Below, piece by piece: positions 13,413 to 28,205 of a stretch of 64,000 bases of DNA. The notes below the pieces were generated by a model. It was given only the letters and a program-made list of their open reading frames with translations, made no database searches and was not told where the DNA came from. A program made the translations under genes and the position numbers. Where the stretch lies: assembly GCA_012295275.1 (NCBI GenBank), contig CM022670.1:13268001-13332000 (forward strand), read 5' to 3'. The first letter of the stretch is position 1. Each line of letters opens with the position of its first letter. Source of the DNA: Chrysomallon squamiferum (taxonomy: Eukaryota; Animalia; Mollusca).

Positions 13413-16400
13413 GTAACTCCAGTTCCATTCATAACTGTACTCATTAACCAGGGTCAGCACTTGTGTTGATGTTGGCCATTTCTGTGTTCCTCAAAGAATC
13501 TAGCCTACATTACCTTTCATTCTGTGTTACCTGGCACTACACTGCGTGGTTTATTAGTTAAGCTTTTTGACATACATTGTTGTGTTTTCCTAGAATAGGA
13601 AGACCACAAACTTTGCTTCTGCATTGGAGTTAGGGCTGAAGTTTTATTTTCAGTATTTATGGGGACATTTTTGTCACCTGCAATGTATTTCCATCTTAGA
13701 ATTAACACGAATTATCATTCCTGATTCTGTTACAGAAACAAAAATTAAATGGTTATGTGACTGCATGGGTATGGAAGCAAGCATACAAATACATCCACTC
13801 TTAATCTATACTTGCTAATATACAAATATATAGTTTGATTATTTATGTCCCACACATATTTAGACACCCACAAATACACAAATACAAACATATATATATA
13901 CATAGACATACAAATGACTCTTACACACATTTACACTCAGAAATACAAACAACCACTCTTGCATATTAGTGTAGGTTGAGAATTGTGATCAAATGTTACA
14001 AATGAAATCAAGGCTGGCTGCAAAATGCCAGCCGTGACAAAAGAGACTTTTATCTGCTGTCTTGTAAGCAAAAGAATTGATCTGCCAAAAGACTAATGCA
14101 CTCGGATCATCTCCGTGGATTGTTAGATTGCCTTGCTGACACCAAACATCTCATTCTGTACAGCATATAAGCCAATACACACAAGTGGAAGTGTTCAGCA
14201 GTCTGTTCTATTGAGTCTTTGATCTGATGAACCCCGTACACAGCAGAGCTTTTCACAGAGCTGGGCAGATCCAAGGGGCGCGTTATTATTTTTGTTATTA
14301 TTTTATGTTACTTTATTTTATTTTATTTTATTTTATTTTATTTTATTTTATTTATTTTATTATTTATTTATTTACTTTTAATTTTAAAAAAAAAATGTTT
14401 TATTTTTGTGTGTGAAATCTCTAGCACACCAAAGATTATAGATCTCTCATGGATTTTTTTTTTTTTTGTGTGTTCTTTTTGTTTGGTTTTTTTCTGTCTC
14501 TGTTTCTCTCAAAAGAGATAGTTCATTACACTCGTTATTACACTGACAACAAGTCAAGTATTACTGGTTTGAACAGCAATGACTCCAGTGCACCAGAGAT
14601 GATGATCCAGTGATCCACATCTTCTCAAGCAGGTGCTTTGTCCCAGGGCTACAACTCTCAGTGTGTGGACAACTGATTTTTACTATTGATATTTCAGCTC
14701 AAGTCTGTACACACAGCAGTCAAGTTGACGTTTCAGTTTTTTAAAGTCTGTTATTATCCACACACAGTTTTGACAAATGATATTGATGCCACTGAGTTTT
14801 AAATTCCTGTTTTCATCTCTATTTCTTTCAGCATTTTTTCTGATGAAAATGGGATTAATTTTTTAAAATGTTACTTCACAGTCTGTGATCCACGCTGAAA
14901 ACACTACTGACACATAAGTCTGATATAAATTTCAGATTTCCAGTTTCGTGTAAATAAAGGGTTTAAAGTACCATGTCAGATTTGGAACAAACATGTTAGT
15001 GATAGTCTGACTATACGAGATTAGGTGTTATTGTAATTTGTAAAACACTGGAACCAAAGTTCAGATAAAACTGCCTTTTCTTATCTGTGATTTGAAGCAC
15101 ACAGAATTGCATTGACATGTGATCTCAGTACAAGATGATCCTATTGATCAGCATCAAGAGATCTTTTTTGTGTACTTTTTCCACATGAAGTGCAGATCTG
15201 GGTAGAGAAATGGGAAAAGCAGATCATGTACAGAAATGAAAATATCATTTCTAACCAAATTATAATTGACGAATAATTTCTGTTTAGTCTGTTCGAACTT
15301 ATTACCAGCACGGCATCCTCAGTTACACGCATTTCCTGCATTCACAGCGTTATCAGATGTTCTAGCTTTCAGACACATCGCCTGACGAACATTTGGCCGC
15401 GGCAGGAAATAACTCAGTAGGTACGACAATAAGAACTGAACTAGCAGCCCATCATACATGAGATATTTACTGAAACCACTGAGCTGTAGCCCATTCTGGT
15501 GATAAACACGACTGTGGGAGAAACGTGAGACCGGGGTAATGTCGAATGTCTGCCAAGAAACAGTCTCTCATTTGTCTCTTTCTGTTTAACATTCATTAGC
15601 TGGAAACAGCACTGCAGTTAGAGACCCCACTGTTCAACAGGTAGGGGAGCACAACACAGGCATTCAAAAAGAACATGACTCTGTTTTCACCAGCGCAGTG
15701 AATCTAGTGGTGGTTAAAAATAAAGTTTGTTATGTAAAACAGTAAATGATAACTTTTTTTTGAATGTCAGGTTAAAAATAAAATTGTTATGTGAGCACTT
15801 GGGTAACTTAAAAAAATAAATAATAATAACGAATGTTATACATGTAAATGTTTTGTGTGTTTTTTTGTTTTTTTAAATTCGTTGTTATGGGATAGTGTGT
15901 GTGTGTGTGTGTTATGTATTTGTATATGTATTGTGTGTTGTGTTTTGTGCATTTTGTATATATGGTGTGTGTGTGTGTGTGTGTCTGTGTGTGTGTCTGT
16001 AAATCTAACTGAAGACCAAAGAATACCTTTCTTTTATGTACAACTGTTTACTGAATATTGATTTCTTTAGAAGCAGTTGCAACTATTTTTACTTAAATTA
16101 AGTTTTGCTTTTACAGTTTTGTTTATTTAAACTGAGTATAACATAATTATATAGTCTTATGAAATAACACACATACTGTGTCTAATGAACAAAGCTGGGT
16201 ACGTGACTAAAAACTGAACATGCACTTAACAATTTTAAACAGCTACAAGTTTGTTATGTATTATACAACAATGAAATCTTTCATTTTAAAGCTAATATTT
16301 TATATTTTGAGAATAACTAACAAAGTACATATGCATTATATGATTTAATATTTAAACCCATTTTGTTTATTTTTTATTCTAAATCTAAAGATAATTTACA

Positions 16401-16508
16401 TTACTGAATCTGATTTATATTTTGAGATTTGAATTTCTGAACCTAATTATTATTTTGAGATTTTAATTTCTGAATTTAATTTTTTATGTTTACAAATTCA
16501 TGTTTCAG

Positions 16509-18950
16509 GATAAACGATACCACATTGTGGAAGAATTGTACCGGAATGAAAAGGAATATGTAGAAGCCCTAAGAACATTAAAAGATGTGAGTATTATTAT
16601 ATTTATTAATTCACAGTCAGTGTATTTAGCCAGATCTCGCTATGCTGTCTCAGCTGTTCACTTGGAGCTGAATTCAAACACACACTCTGATGGTCTTTCA
16701 AATATGCAATATGCAGGCATGGAAAAACTATTAAAAGTTGTTAAACTGAGGTGTATGTTAGTCATTATGATCTTTATTTATTTATTTTTTATTTTTAAAC
16801 TATTTTATTCCTTTTTTTTTTATATTTTTTTTTTTTTTTTTTTTGTTTTGCTGCAATGTTATTATCTTGAATTTTTGCTTTTGTTGTTCATTTTGCTTTT
16901 AAAACACAATATGGCTCATATCCCAATGTTTTGCCTGCTGGTAAATTGACTGGATTTATTAAAAATTAGCTCAATAAAATCATGATATTCCACCATTTCT
17001 TAGACAAAAAGTTTGTCAAAAAAAAAAAATCAAAACACAAAAATCAATTCAGAGTTCACTTACAGACCAAAAAAAATATATAAAAAAATTAAGCAACAGT
17101 TTTAGTTTTAAATTTGATAAAAAGAATTTAAATATAGACTTAACAGCAAAAATAATTCCTGTGAGAATCCTGTTAAGAAGAAGAAAAATGATGCTGTAAC
17201 AAAAAGTAAATGTTAATCGTAAAATTCAAAATGAATAATTTAATTTAACTGTTAAACTATTTAAACTTGAAGTAGCTAAGATTAAGATTTTGTCTTACAA
17301 GAATAACAAGTTTGTTCTATATCTGGTTTTGTAACAGGTGTTACCATTAACATTTGCACATCAAGGATCAAGTATCATTCTATGAAGTAACACAGTCTAA
17401 TAACTGAAATCTCTGCAATTTAAAAAAAATATATTAAAAAAATATATATTAATTGGGTTTTTTATGACAGTGCCATACATCAGCAAAGCTGCATTAACAA
17501 TGACTGTCTGTTTGATTTAATCAGTTATTTTAAGCCCAGTTTTGTAATTCAATACTATACAGCTTTTTTTTTATTTTAAAGTTCTTTTATTTTTGCTGGT
17601 TCTCATGGCAAGGCAGTGTCTGAGATGACACTCAGATCAGGAATGGCTGTCAGATAAAAGATAAACAGCGCTGGTGTGCAGCAGCATCGTGTCTGATGTT
17701 GCATGTACAAGTTCAAAAAGGTCGCCACTTGTTCCTTGTTTATTTACTGCCAATAAACATGACCTATTTTCACTGCGATGGCTAATTTTTCAAGTTCTAA
17801 CCTTGTGAAACTGTTAAAAGATTTATATCACAAAGATATGTATATATTTATGTGCGTGATATATTTCTCTATGTATGTATGTATATGTGTGTGTGCTTTT
17901 TTTTTGCAAAAATGCAATTATGCTATTGTTCAGTATGAATTCATATATTTGTATCAGTGATCTGCAAGTTTAGTATGCAAAGTTTTGTTATTAACTTTGT
18001 TCTTTCTGCACCAAATGTTGAAATCTTTATTGATTACAATACGTAGGTTAGTGTTTTTATGTGTGTGTGTGTGTGTGTGTGTGTTGTTTGGACTAATTTA
18101 TTTATCATTTTAATCTTTAAAAAAAACATTTACAACATTTGTAAAATGGTCTTCAACACCACCACCATCATCATCACCATCATTATCCTCATTATTTATT
18201 ATTAATGTTATCAGTGCTGATGTTATTGTTGTTAATTAATGTTAAAAATAAACAAGCACCAAATCTCGTAAAAAGCCGTTTGTATACAAACTGATATTTA
18301 TACTGCAGTAAACACAACATTAAAACAGTGAAGCTGGGCAGCTCTTGTATTACATACACCATCACATCCAGTCTCAGCTTTGTTCACCTGCAGAAGAAGT
18401 TAAAAAAAAGAAGACAAAAAGAAGTGTAGATGAAGAGTGAAGAAAGCTTCGGGGATGTAAGAGATAAATGTTTGATCATACACCAGCAGGTCTTACTAAC
18501 CCAGTTTGATGTGTGAGGTTTACCATGTGGGCCAGAGCAAATTGGCCAGCTGATGGGAAGGCTGGGTCTGTTGGTTCTCTAACAACATCATGTGTGCTCA
18601 GATTAAAAAGGCCAGTAAAAAATGGTCATCTGTTCCGGAATTGCCTCCACAGGAGAGAGGAAGTTTTTTTTTTTTTTTTTTGTTTTCCTGTTTCAGTTTT
18701 GTAGCACAGTTTCTTGGAGGATGTTTTTTTGATCTGGTTGTGTGTGTGTGTTATATACATGTTTGTGTTTTTGTGTATTTGTATGTATTTGTATGTATGT
18801 GTGCATATGTGTGTATATGTGTGTATATATGTGTATATCTGTAGGTATGTGTGTAGACATGGGAATTTTATTGTTACATAAAGATTTTTTTTTTTTTTTT
18901 TCAAAATGACTTTCTTTAAGATTTTTTATTTGTTTATTTATTTATTTATT

Positions 18951-18989
<39 letters not shown>

Positions 18990-19117
18990 TTCAAAAATAT
19001 CAAAACCTTAATAAACAATATTGAATTTTTTTCTAGCTACTTAAATACTCTCTCCATCAGAAAACTAATATCTCTGTTTTGTTATTTCTCTTTACTTAAA
19101 TAATATGTTTAAATTTT

Positions 19118-19156
<39 letters not shown>

Positions 19157-19509
19157 TATAATTATTTTTATTTTCCTGGTATACGTGCTAAATCCCATGA
19201 ATGTCCACAGTTGCTGAATCCATCCCCAGGTACGCAGTTTCACCTGTGTGCCTGCTTCTTCTCACAAACGAATGAGTTTCGCTTATTTTTCTGTATTTTT
19301 TTTAATCATCCCATCTGACACAGGTTTTACCATCACAGCAGCAACCATCCACTCTTGTTAGATAATTGCTTTCCTTGGACTTTTTCCTTAAGACCTGTTG
19401 CTCCCAGCCAGTGCAGGAATTTGGCAAGCGGACATGACTGCAAGAGTTAATCACTCCATATTGGATCTGCTGCCAAAAATAGATTGCCCACATTTCCAGG
19501 AAACCACTC

Positions 19510-19545
<36 letters not shown>

Positions 19546-19633
19546 CTCATTCATAAATTTATAGGACAGTTAGTTTGGCCACCATATTGTTTTCTAAAGT
19601 GGTGTTAATGGAAGTGAGAAGTGACGATTCGTT

Positions 19634-19680
<47 letters not shown>

Positions 19681-22284
19681 GCCAAGATCTAGAAAAATAT
19701 CAGCTTTTTATTATGTTTATTATTGTTGTTGTCACTTATTAAAGATTATAATTATTATAATCATAAGTATTATTTTAGTATTATTATTATTACTGATTTA
19801 AAAAAAAATGTAATTAGATTTAATTGTGTTATATTCTGGTCTTCTTGATTAAATAGACATAAGCATTTTTCATAATTCAAATTTAATAAAAAAAAAAGAA
19901 ATAAGAAACAACAACAGTACCCCCCAAAAGCAGCACACAAAAAAAAAAATATGCCTGTATTTATATTTATAATGTATTTTTAAACATACACTTCAGAGCA
20001 CCAAGCTAGATAAGGGAATATTACTTACAGAGATTAAAATCTCACTAAAATCAAAGATGAGGTTTTCTTCATTCAGAATATTGTGCAGTACTCGGGTTAG
20101 ATGCACTGATTTCAGTACATTTCACCTGGCCACTACGACTGCATTTCTGTGATTAAGCACAAACCACAATTACAGATGCAAAAGTCATGTAAGTATGCCA
20201 GCTAGTTTAAGTGGCTTCATACCAGAGATTATTTGGTCTTAGCTGTGGTTTGGAGAGGAGTTTTTTTCTGCTTCTTTCAAACTCAAACAAGTTACGACAA
20301 TAACAACAAAAACCAGTAACCTGTGTCGTGTTACTTTGTTAAATTTAACATAAAAGAAAGATTAAACTGGGATTGTTTTATGATTCTGATATTAAGTGCA
20401 ATGTGTCTGAAACTACAGTTTGATGTTATTTTATTTTTATTCAGAACTGACTGATGATTTTATCTTTTTTTTCCACTTCTCAGCTTATTTGTTTTCTTTT
20501 AGATTTAAATTTGTTGTATTTCAGTAGGTGTATGTGTGCCTGTATGCACGTATGTATGAATGTATGTGTGTTTATATAGTACATGTTTTGAAGGGTTGTT
20601 CTGGTTTAGCAATTCTAAACCAGACTAAAATTAATGTATCATTTATTCTTTTTTTTAAAATCATCATTGCATTATATTCTTTTCAGTGTAAACATTTATA
20701 AGTAAGTGAATAGACATGTGTCTGTGTTTATATGAGCATGAATACATATGTTTGTGTATGTGTACATGTAGTTATCTTGTATTTAAACAAAACAAGATAG
20801 ACTGAGTAAATCATTTAGGCCAAATCCTGCCCAGAATGACATGACAAGTGGGAATTTCCACATTTCACAAGGATTTATTTTATTGTGATAATTTATCATT
20901 AGAAAAGATTGGCATCCAGTGATATACAAGATGATTTGAAATGTACAAAATGTATTTGGCCTAATGATTACAGCATTTTGTTACATGTTTGTAAAAGGAA
21001 CACTTTTAGTATTTAAAATTACTTCTTTTTTTTTTTCATCAGTTGTGCTGGTATTTTTATTTTTTTATTTTTTACCATTCTGAGTGTTTTTTGTTTTGTT
21101 GTTTTTTTCAGAAATATATGGTTCCCTTAAAAACACAAAGTAGTTTAGACGACGCAATTGTGGACAACATATTTTATATGATACCCGAAATCCTCACCCA
21201 TCACTCCATTTATCTCGACTTCCTCGACAACGTCTGGAAACACTGGGACAGCGCCACTAGCACAGTTGGAAATATCATTATTACCATTGTGAGTACTGTA
21301 TTTTTATTGTGAGTAACAGCAAAGTTGAAAGAAGTCTTGCATGATGTCCTAAAACCAGTTCTTTTTGATTTACCTAGATTTGTAATATGTAATTAGATTT
21401 AAATTATTGTTAATATTAAAATATGTTAAGAAAATTTAATAATATTATTACTATTATTATTATTATTATTATTATTATTTATATACATGAAAACTAATAG
21501 TGATGCATTTTCAAAAGGGAAGTTTCTGATGTTTACCTTACTTTAAGTACAAAAACATTCTTAGGATGTAAATATAGTCCTGTATTTCAAGTTCATTCAA
21601 AAAAAAAATAAAAAATTGTAATAATAAATAGAATTGTATAGGAATTCTCTGCAGATAAAAAAGGAGATTATTTATAGGTGTATTTTTTGTTTCATTATAA
21701 TAATTATTAAAAAAAGAAAAAAAAGTACCGAGTAATATTTTTTTTTTTTAGAAAAGTTGTTATCTTATATTTTAACATTTTTCATAATAATTATATTTAG
21801 AAATACAGAATTCCTTGACATTTTTATTTTCATTTTTTTTTTTAAATGTTCTGAATTTTTGTGTAATGTATGAAATGTCTTAATTAAGACGAGACTGTGA
21901 TTCTGAAGACAAAATTTAATCTGTAATTGTAACTGATGGTTCAGTCCTAGCCCCAGACTCTGTTAGATGGTTTAAAACTAAGTTGGACTGAGACTAATCT
22001 AGCAGAAAACTAATTATAAAAAGTCTAAAGAAGAACCTGACAGGGGATGACGTGTTATGTGCAGAAACGTCAAATCAGATCACTTTGTTAGTGAGACCAT
22101 CACAGTGGACAGAAGTAGACAGCAGCGTGGATGCATAAACAGAGAAAGAAAATGCATTTGTGTCTATATATGTATATATGTGTGCACTTGCATGTGTTTG
22201 TGTGTGTGTGTGTGTGTGCGCACACATGAGCATTTATGTTTGTATGGACATATATTAGAAAGAAAAAATAATATTGTGTGTGTA

Positions 22285-22348
<64 letters not shown>

Positions 22349-25300
22349 ACATGTTGTTAGGACAAATGTACCTATATTAAAAAAGAAAAAGGAAACAATA
22401 TTTGTGTAAAAAGCGAAAAAGAAAAAAAACTAGTATGTGTTTATTGGAGTCTTGATTATTATTTTTGTATGGTTTTGTTTGCGTTAGAAGACAAAGAATG
22501 TATTATACTGCAACTAGCTTTTGTAAATTGTTATTATTGTTTGTTCTTTCATTATAAACATGTAATCTTTTGTGTGTTTATCATCTAGAATACGCTATTT
22601 TAGTCCTTACGAATTATTTTTGGAGATAACAAATGTTTAATATTTTATTTTCAGTTTTCAAAACAGACAGTACTGGAGAGTTACTTGTCGTTTGTTGAGA
22701 ACTATAAGACATCGGGGAAAGTGATAGAAAATGCTCTCTCGAACAAATCGTCTGTTCAGAAATTTCTTGAGGTATGTGCTGACATGTCGTTTAACTTTAG
22801 TATTGCAAATATTGTAAACACTTCATCCTTATTTTTATTTTTTTACAAATTATATTGCAGTGTTTACATTTATAACAGATCATACAAGGCTAACACACTA
22901 ACACATGTATATTAATAGATAAAAAAAAACCACACAGAGTAACACAGATTAACATGCTATACCACTTACACAGTTCATACACACATACACACAGATGGGG
23001 TGTCGTCAAACATCTATTCACACACAGACAGACGGAGAGACAGACAGACAAAGCCACACACACATGGACATACATGATTCATAATTATGTGCCATGAGAA
23101 AGAGAGAAATTGGAATGAAAAAAAAAGAGATAAATAAGGGAGAAGGTGAAAGAAAAACAGCAAGAGAAGAATATTAATATTGTGTTTAATTTCTAAAATA
23201 CAATTACATCACATCAGTACCATGTTAAGTTACTGATTACACAACTACATGTTTAATTACTGGTACTACAACTACATCATGTTTAATTACTGATTACACA
23301 ACTACATCATGTTTAATTACTGGTTTAATTACTGGTACTACAACTACATCATGTTTAATTACTGGTACTACAACTACATCATGTTTAATTACTGGTACTA
23401 CAACTACATCATGTTTAATTACTGGTACTACAACTACATCATGTTTAATTACTAGTACTACAACTACATCATGTTTAATTACTGGTACTACAACTACATC
23501 ATGTTTAATTACTGGTACTACAACTACATCATGTTTAATTACTAGTACTACAACTACATCATGTTTAATTACTGATTACACAACTACATCATGTTTAATT
23601 ACTAGTTACACAACTACATCATGTTTAATTACTGATTACACAACTACATCATGTTTAATTACTGGTACTACAACTACATCATGTTTAATTACTGGTACTA
23701 CAACTACATCATGTTTAATTACTGATTACACAACTACATCATGTTTAATTACTGGTACTACAACTACATCATGTTTAATTACTGGTACTACAACTACATC
23801 ATGTTTAATTACTAGTACTACAACTACATCATGTTTAATTACTAGTACTACAACTACATCATGTTTAATTACTGATTACAACTACATCATGTTTAATTAC
23901 TAGTACTACAACTACATCATGTTTAATTACTGATTACACAACTACATCATGTTTAATTACTAGTACTACAACTACATCATGTTTAATTACTATGTTTAAT
24001 TACTATGTTTACTTACATCATCATGTTTAATTACTGGTACTACAAACTACATCATGTTTAATTACTGGTACTACAACTACATCATGTTTAATTACTAGTA
24101 CTACAACTACATCATGTTTAATTACTTACTACAATTATGTTTAATTACTAGTTACACAACTACATCATGTTTAATTACTGATTACACAACTACATCATGT
24201 TTAATTACTAGTACTACAACTACATCATGTTTAATTACTAATACTACAACTACATCATGTTTAATTACTGATTACACAACTACATCATGTTTAATTACTG
24301 GTACTACAACTACATCATGTTTAATTACTAGTACTACAACTACATCATGTTTAATTACTAGTACTACAACTACATCATGTTTAATTACTAATACTACAAC
24401 TACATCATGTTTAATTACTAGTACTACAACTACATCATGTTTAATTACTGATTACACAACTACATCATGTTTAATTACTAGTACTACAACTACATCATGT
24501 TTAATTACTAGTACTACAACTACATCATGTTTAATTACTAGTACTACAACTACATCATGTTTAATTACTGATTACACAACTACATCATGTTTAATTACTA
24601 GTACTACAACTACATCATGTTTAATTACTGATTACACAACTACATCATGTTTAATTACTTTACTACAACTACATCATGTTTAATTACTGATTACACAACT
24701 ACATCATGTTTAATTACTAGTACTACAACTACATCATGTTTAATTACTGGTACTACAACTACATCATGTTTAATTACTAATACTACAACTACATCATGTT
24801 TAATTACTAGTACTACAACTACATCATGTTTAATTACTAGTACTACAACTACATCATGTTTAATTACTCATGTTTAATACTACAAACTACATCATGTTTA
24901 ATTACTTGTTTTAATTACTAATACTACAACTACATCATGTTTAATTACTACTACAACTACATCATGTTTAATTAATTACATCATGTTTAATTACTACAAA
25001 CTACATCATGTTTAATTACTAGTACTACAACTACATCATGTTTAATTACTAGTACTACAACTACATCATGTTTAATTACTGGTACTACAACTACATCATG
25101 TTTATGTTTAATTATGTTTAATTACTACAAACTTCATGTTTAATTACTAATACTACAACTACATCATGTTTAATTACTGGTACTACAACTACATCATGTT
25201 TAATTAATTACTGGTACTACAACTACATCATGTTTAATTAATTACTGATCTACAACTACAATACTGATTGAATTTTCTGTTGTGACTTGTCTGACCAGAC

Positions 25301-25492
25301 GTCAAATTCACTGCCAATTTGTGAAATGATGATGATGAATTTCGGATTACCAGTGAATAGAAACAGTCTGCAAGTTGAGATTATTGTACAGAGATGGAGA
25401 CAATTAAATAAGCTGTCAGTCTGAAAAGGGATTGACAGACTTCAATACACTTTCTTACTTGCAAATAATTGCTTCCTTTTCCACCTGCTGTG

Positions 25493-25527
<35 letters not shown>

Positions 25528-26638
25528 TGCACACATACACACACACACATATATATATATATATTTAATAATATAGTATTCAAACAAGAAAAACTTTTTT
25601 ATTTGGGTTGTTTTTATCTTATTAATTACACGTGTAATTATTTTCAGTATGGTTGTTTCTAATACTTCTGATTATTATTTATTTATTAGTTTTGTTAATT
25701 TTTCTGTCACTTCAAAACATTTGAACATGCAGTTAAGTTTGTTAAGGCATATGTAAATTATTTAGGTTATTTTTATTTTAAATTTTAAATTTAAGAAAAA
25801 AAACATTATTTATTTAGTTATGATAATGATGAAATATGCCAATAATATAAAAGTTTACATTGATGTTGTTGTGTTGTCATTTTGTTACTCCCATCCTATA
25901 TTACCTAGAAAAAAATACGGAGTTTGATTAAATTAGTTGTAAAATCACCTTCTCCAAATCCTAGAACTATTAACTTACATATTATCATTTATATCTATAT
26001 ACTGGGCTTTTTAAAACATTTTTAAAAATATTTTTTATTTTATTTATTTTTATTTATTTATTTATTTATTTATTTATCTATCTGTTTATCTGTTTATTTA
26101 TTTATTTATTATTTATATATTTTTAAAAATTATTTCTGTGAATCAGTAAACTGATATCATTAATTAAGACATTTAATTTGTTTTTCTTATTTTCTGTGTT
26201 AAAGCAGTGTGATTTACAGAGTATAAGATATTCGTGTCAAAATAAATTATTTCAGCAGATGAAAATAAATAGAGTCAGTAAAGATATGGCACATACTTAG
26301 AATCAGTTATTAAAATAATTCTGTGGCACACATAATTAATGTTAGTAATTAAAAATAGCTTAAAGTTTGGCACATGATTAATAACAGTAATTGAATAAAC
26401 TGTTACGTAATTTAATTATTTCTATACTTATTGTTTTTAATTTGGCAGTAAAGTTGGGGTTTTTCTATATGAGCAGTGAACCACAGATAAGTAAAGGTTA
26501 ATGTAAAGAAATGATGAGACAGGTAATAAGATGGTTTGTTTGCGTGTTAGTTAAATTTATTTTCTCCTAAATGAAAAATATTTCTTGTCTTATTACATTA
26601 ATAACTGTTGAGAAACATACACACTTAATTTCAGACAT

Positions 26639-26672
<34 letters not shown>

Positions 26673-27261
26673 ACATATAAAAACTCACTCATACTAACAT
26701 GATACTTCTACAGATACACACAGGGAGATAATAAAAGATAGACAGACAGTCAGACAAGCAGATAAGAGCATAGTTAATTCATTTACATCCCTGATGACAT
26801 TTGTGAACTCATATAGAGTATATTATGTCTCATGTCTAATACTTATTATTTTTAATTTCTTTTTTTTTTTTTTTTTAAATGTCTAGGAATTTGTTTTTTT
26901 GTTGTTGTTTTTTTTGTTTCTTTTTAAATGTCATTTCACCCTTAGGATTAATTATGAGAGAAACAAGAAAGAGGGGCAAAAAGAAGGTGAGCCTGGGAAT
27001 ACTCAGAATAGGAAAAGAAAAAGGAAAAATATTTTGTTACATGCATTTTTGACTGTAAGATGAAGGAATGTGGAACAGAAAGAAAAGAGAGAAAGACTTA
27101 TCGACTATCATCTAAGTGTATTGATTTAAACTCTGTGATTGTGTTTTTCAGAACTGTCAGCGAGACAGTGGCAGCAAGCTGTCCATGAAAGACCTGATCG
27201 TGCGACCCATACAGAGAATCCCCAGATACGAGCTTCTGATACAGGTTTACATTTCTTGTCA

Positions 27262-27349
<88 letters not shown>

Positions 27350-28053
27350 TGCGTGCGTATGTGTGTCTGTGTGCGTGTGTGTGTGTGTGTGTGTTTTGGG
27401 TGTGGGTATGTGTGATTATATTTTTGTATATTTTTGTTTATTTGTCATTTTCTGTGCATATAGCATTTAAAAAATATTAAAATTACACAATGTATCAGTT
27501 CAGTAATTGGGTTTGCTTCAGAATAGTTGGTAACATTCTAAAATTTACTGTCTGAAACTGTTGATATAGTTAATCAAAAGTCAACAACATAAACATTTTC
27601 TTATATCATTTAAACTGAGTTCCTCATTTATGTTTGATGGTACAGTAAACAAAGGGGAATAACTTAACTGGAAGAACTTACAAGAAAATGTTTATGCTTT
27701 ATATATAAGTGTGTCTGTCTATCTGGTTGTCTGTTTTATTCTAGTATATTTTAGCACATAAAGTAATTAACATTATTATGCCTTTAAGAAATAAACGTAC
27801 TCAGTGACATGTTTTTAAATACTGTTTTGTTATGGTTTGTATATTTATATATATAATTTTATTGCTGGATTTTATTTCAGTTCTCGTAAGTTTATAATAT
27901 AAAAACTAAAATTTCAACAATTTTTTATATAAAATTGTTGAAATGTTATGAAAATGGACAAATTAAAAAAATATAAAATTAAAATTTTGCCATCTTGTGG
28001 TTCATGTTTTCTGTTACATATAATTATTTTACTACAACATTTAGTAATGTAGT

Positions 28054-28097
<44 letters not shown>

Positions 28098-28171
28098 ATA
28101 TCTGTGTGCATGCATGCATACATAGTTATATACATATAACTAAGTTTTACATAGCTCTGTGTGTTTACATA

Positions 28172-28205
<34 letters not shown>

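Noticed and set aside
15373-15420. Possible micro-exon in a CpG-richer patch upstream of the DH exon
   Set aside because: The phase-0 frame ends in TAG and there is no recognisable homology; it may be regulatory, but there is no support.
24114-24877. 189-aa and 76-aa ORFs of TTTSCLIT repeats
   Set aside because: They are translations of the 30-bp minisatellite inside an ARHGEF17 intron, with no splice context, and the frame is broken elsewhere in the array.
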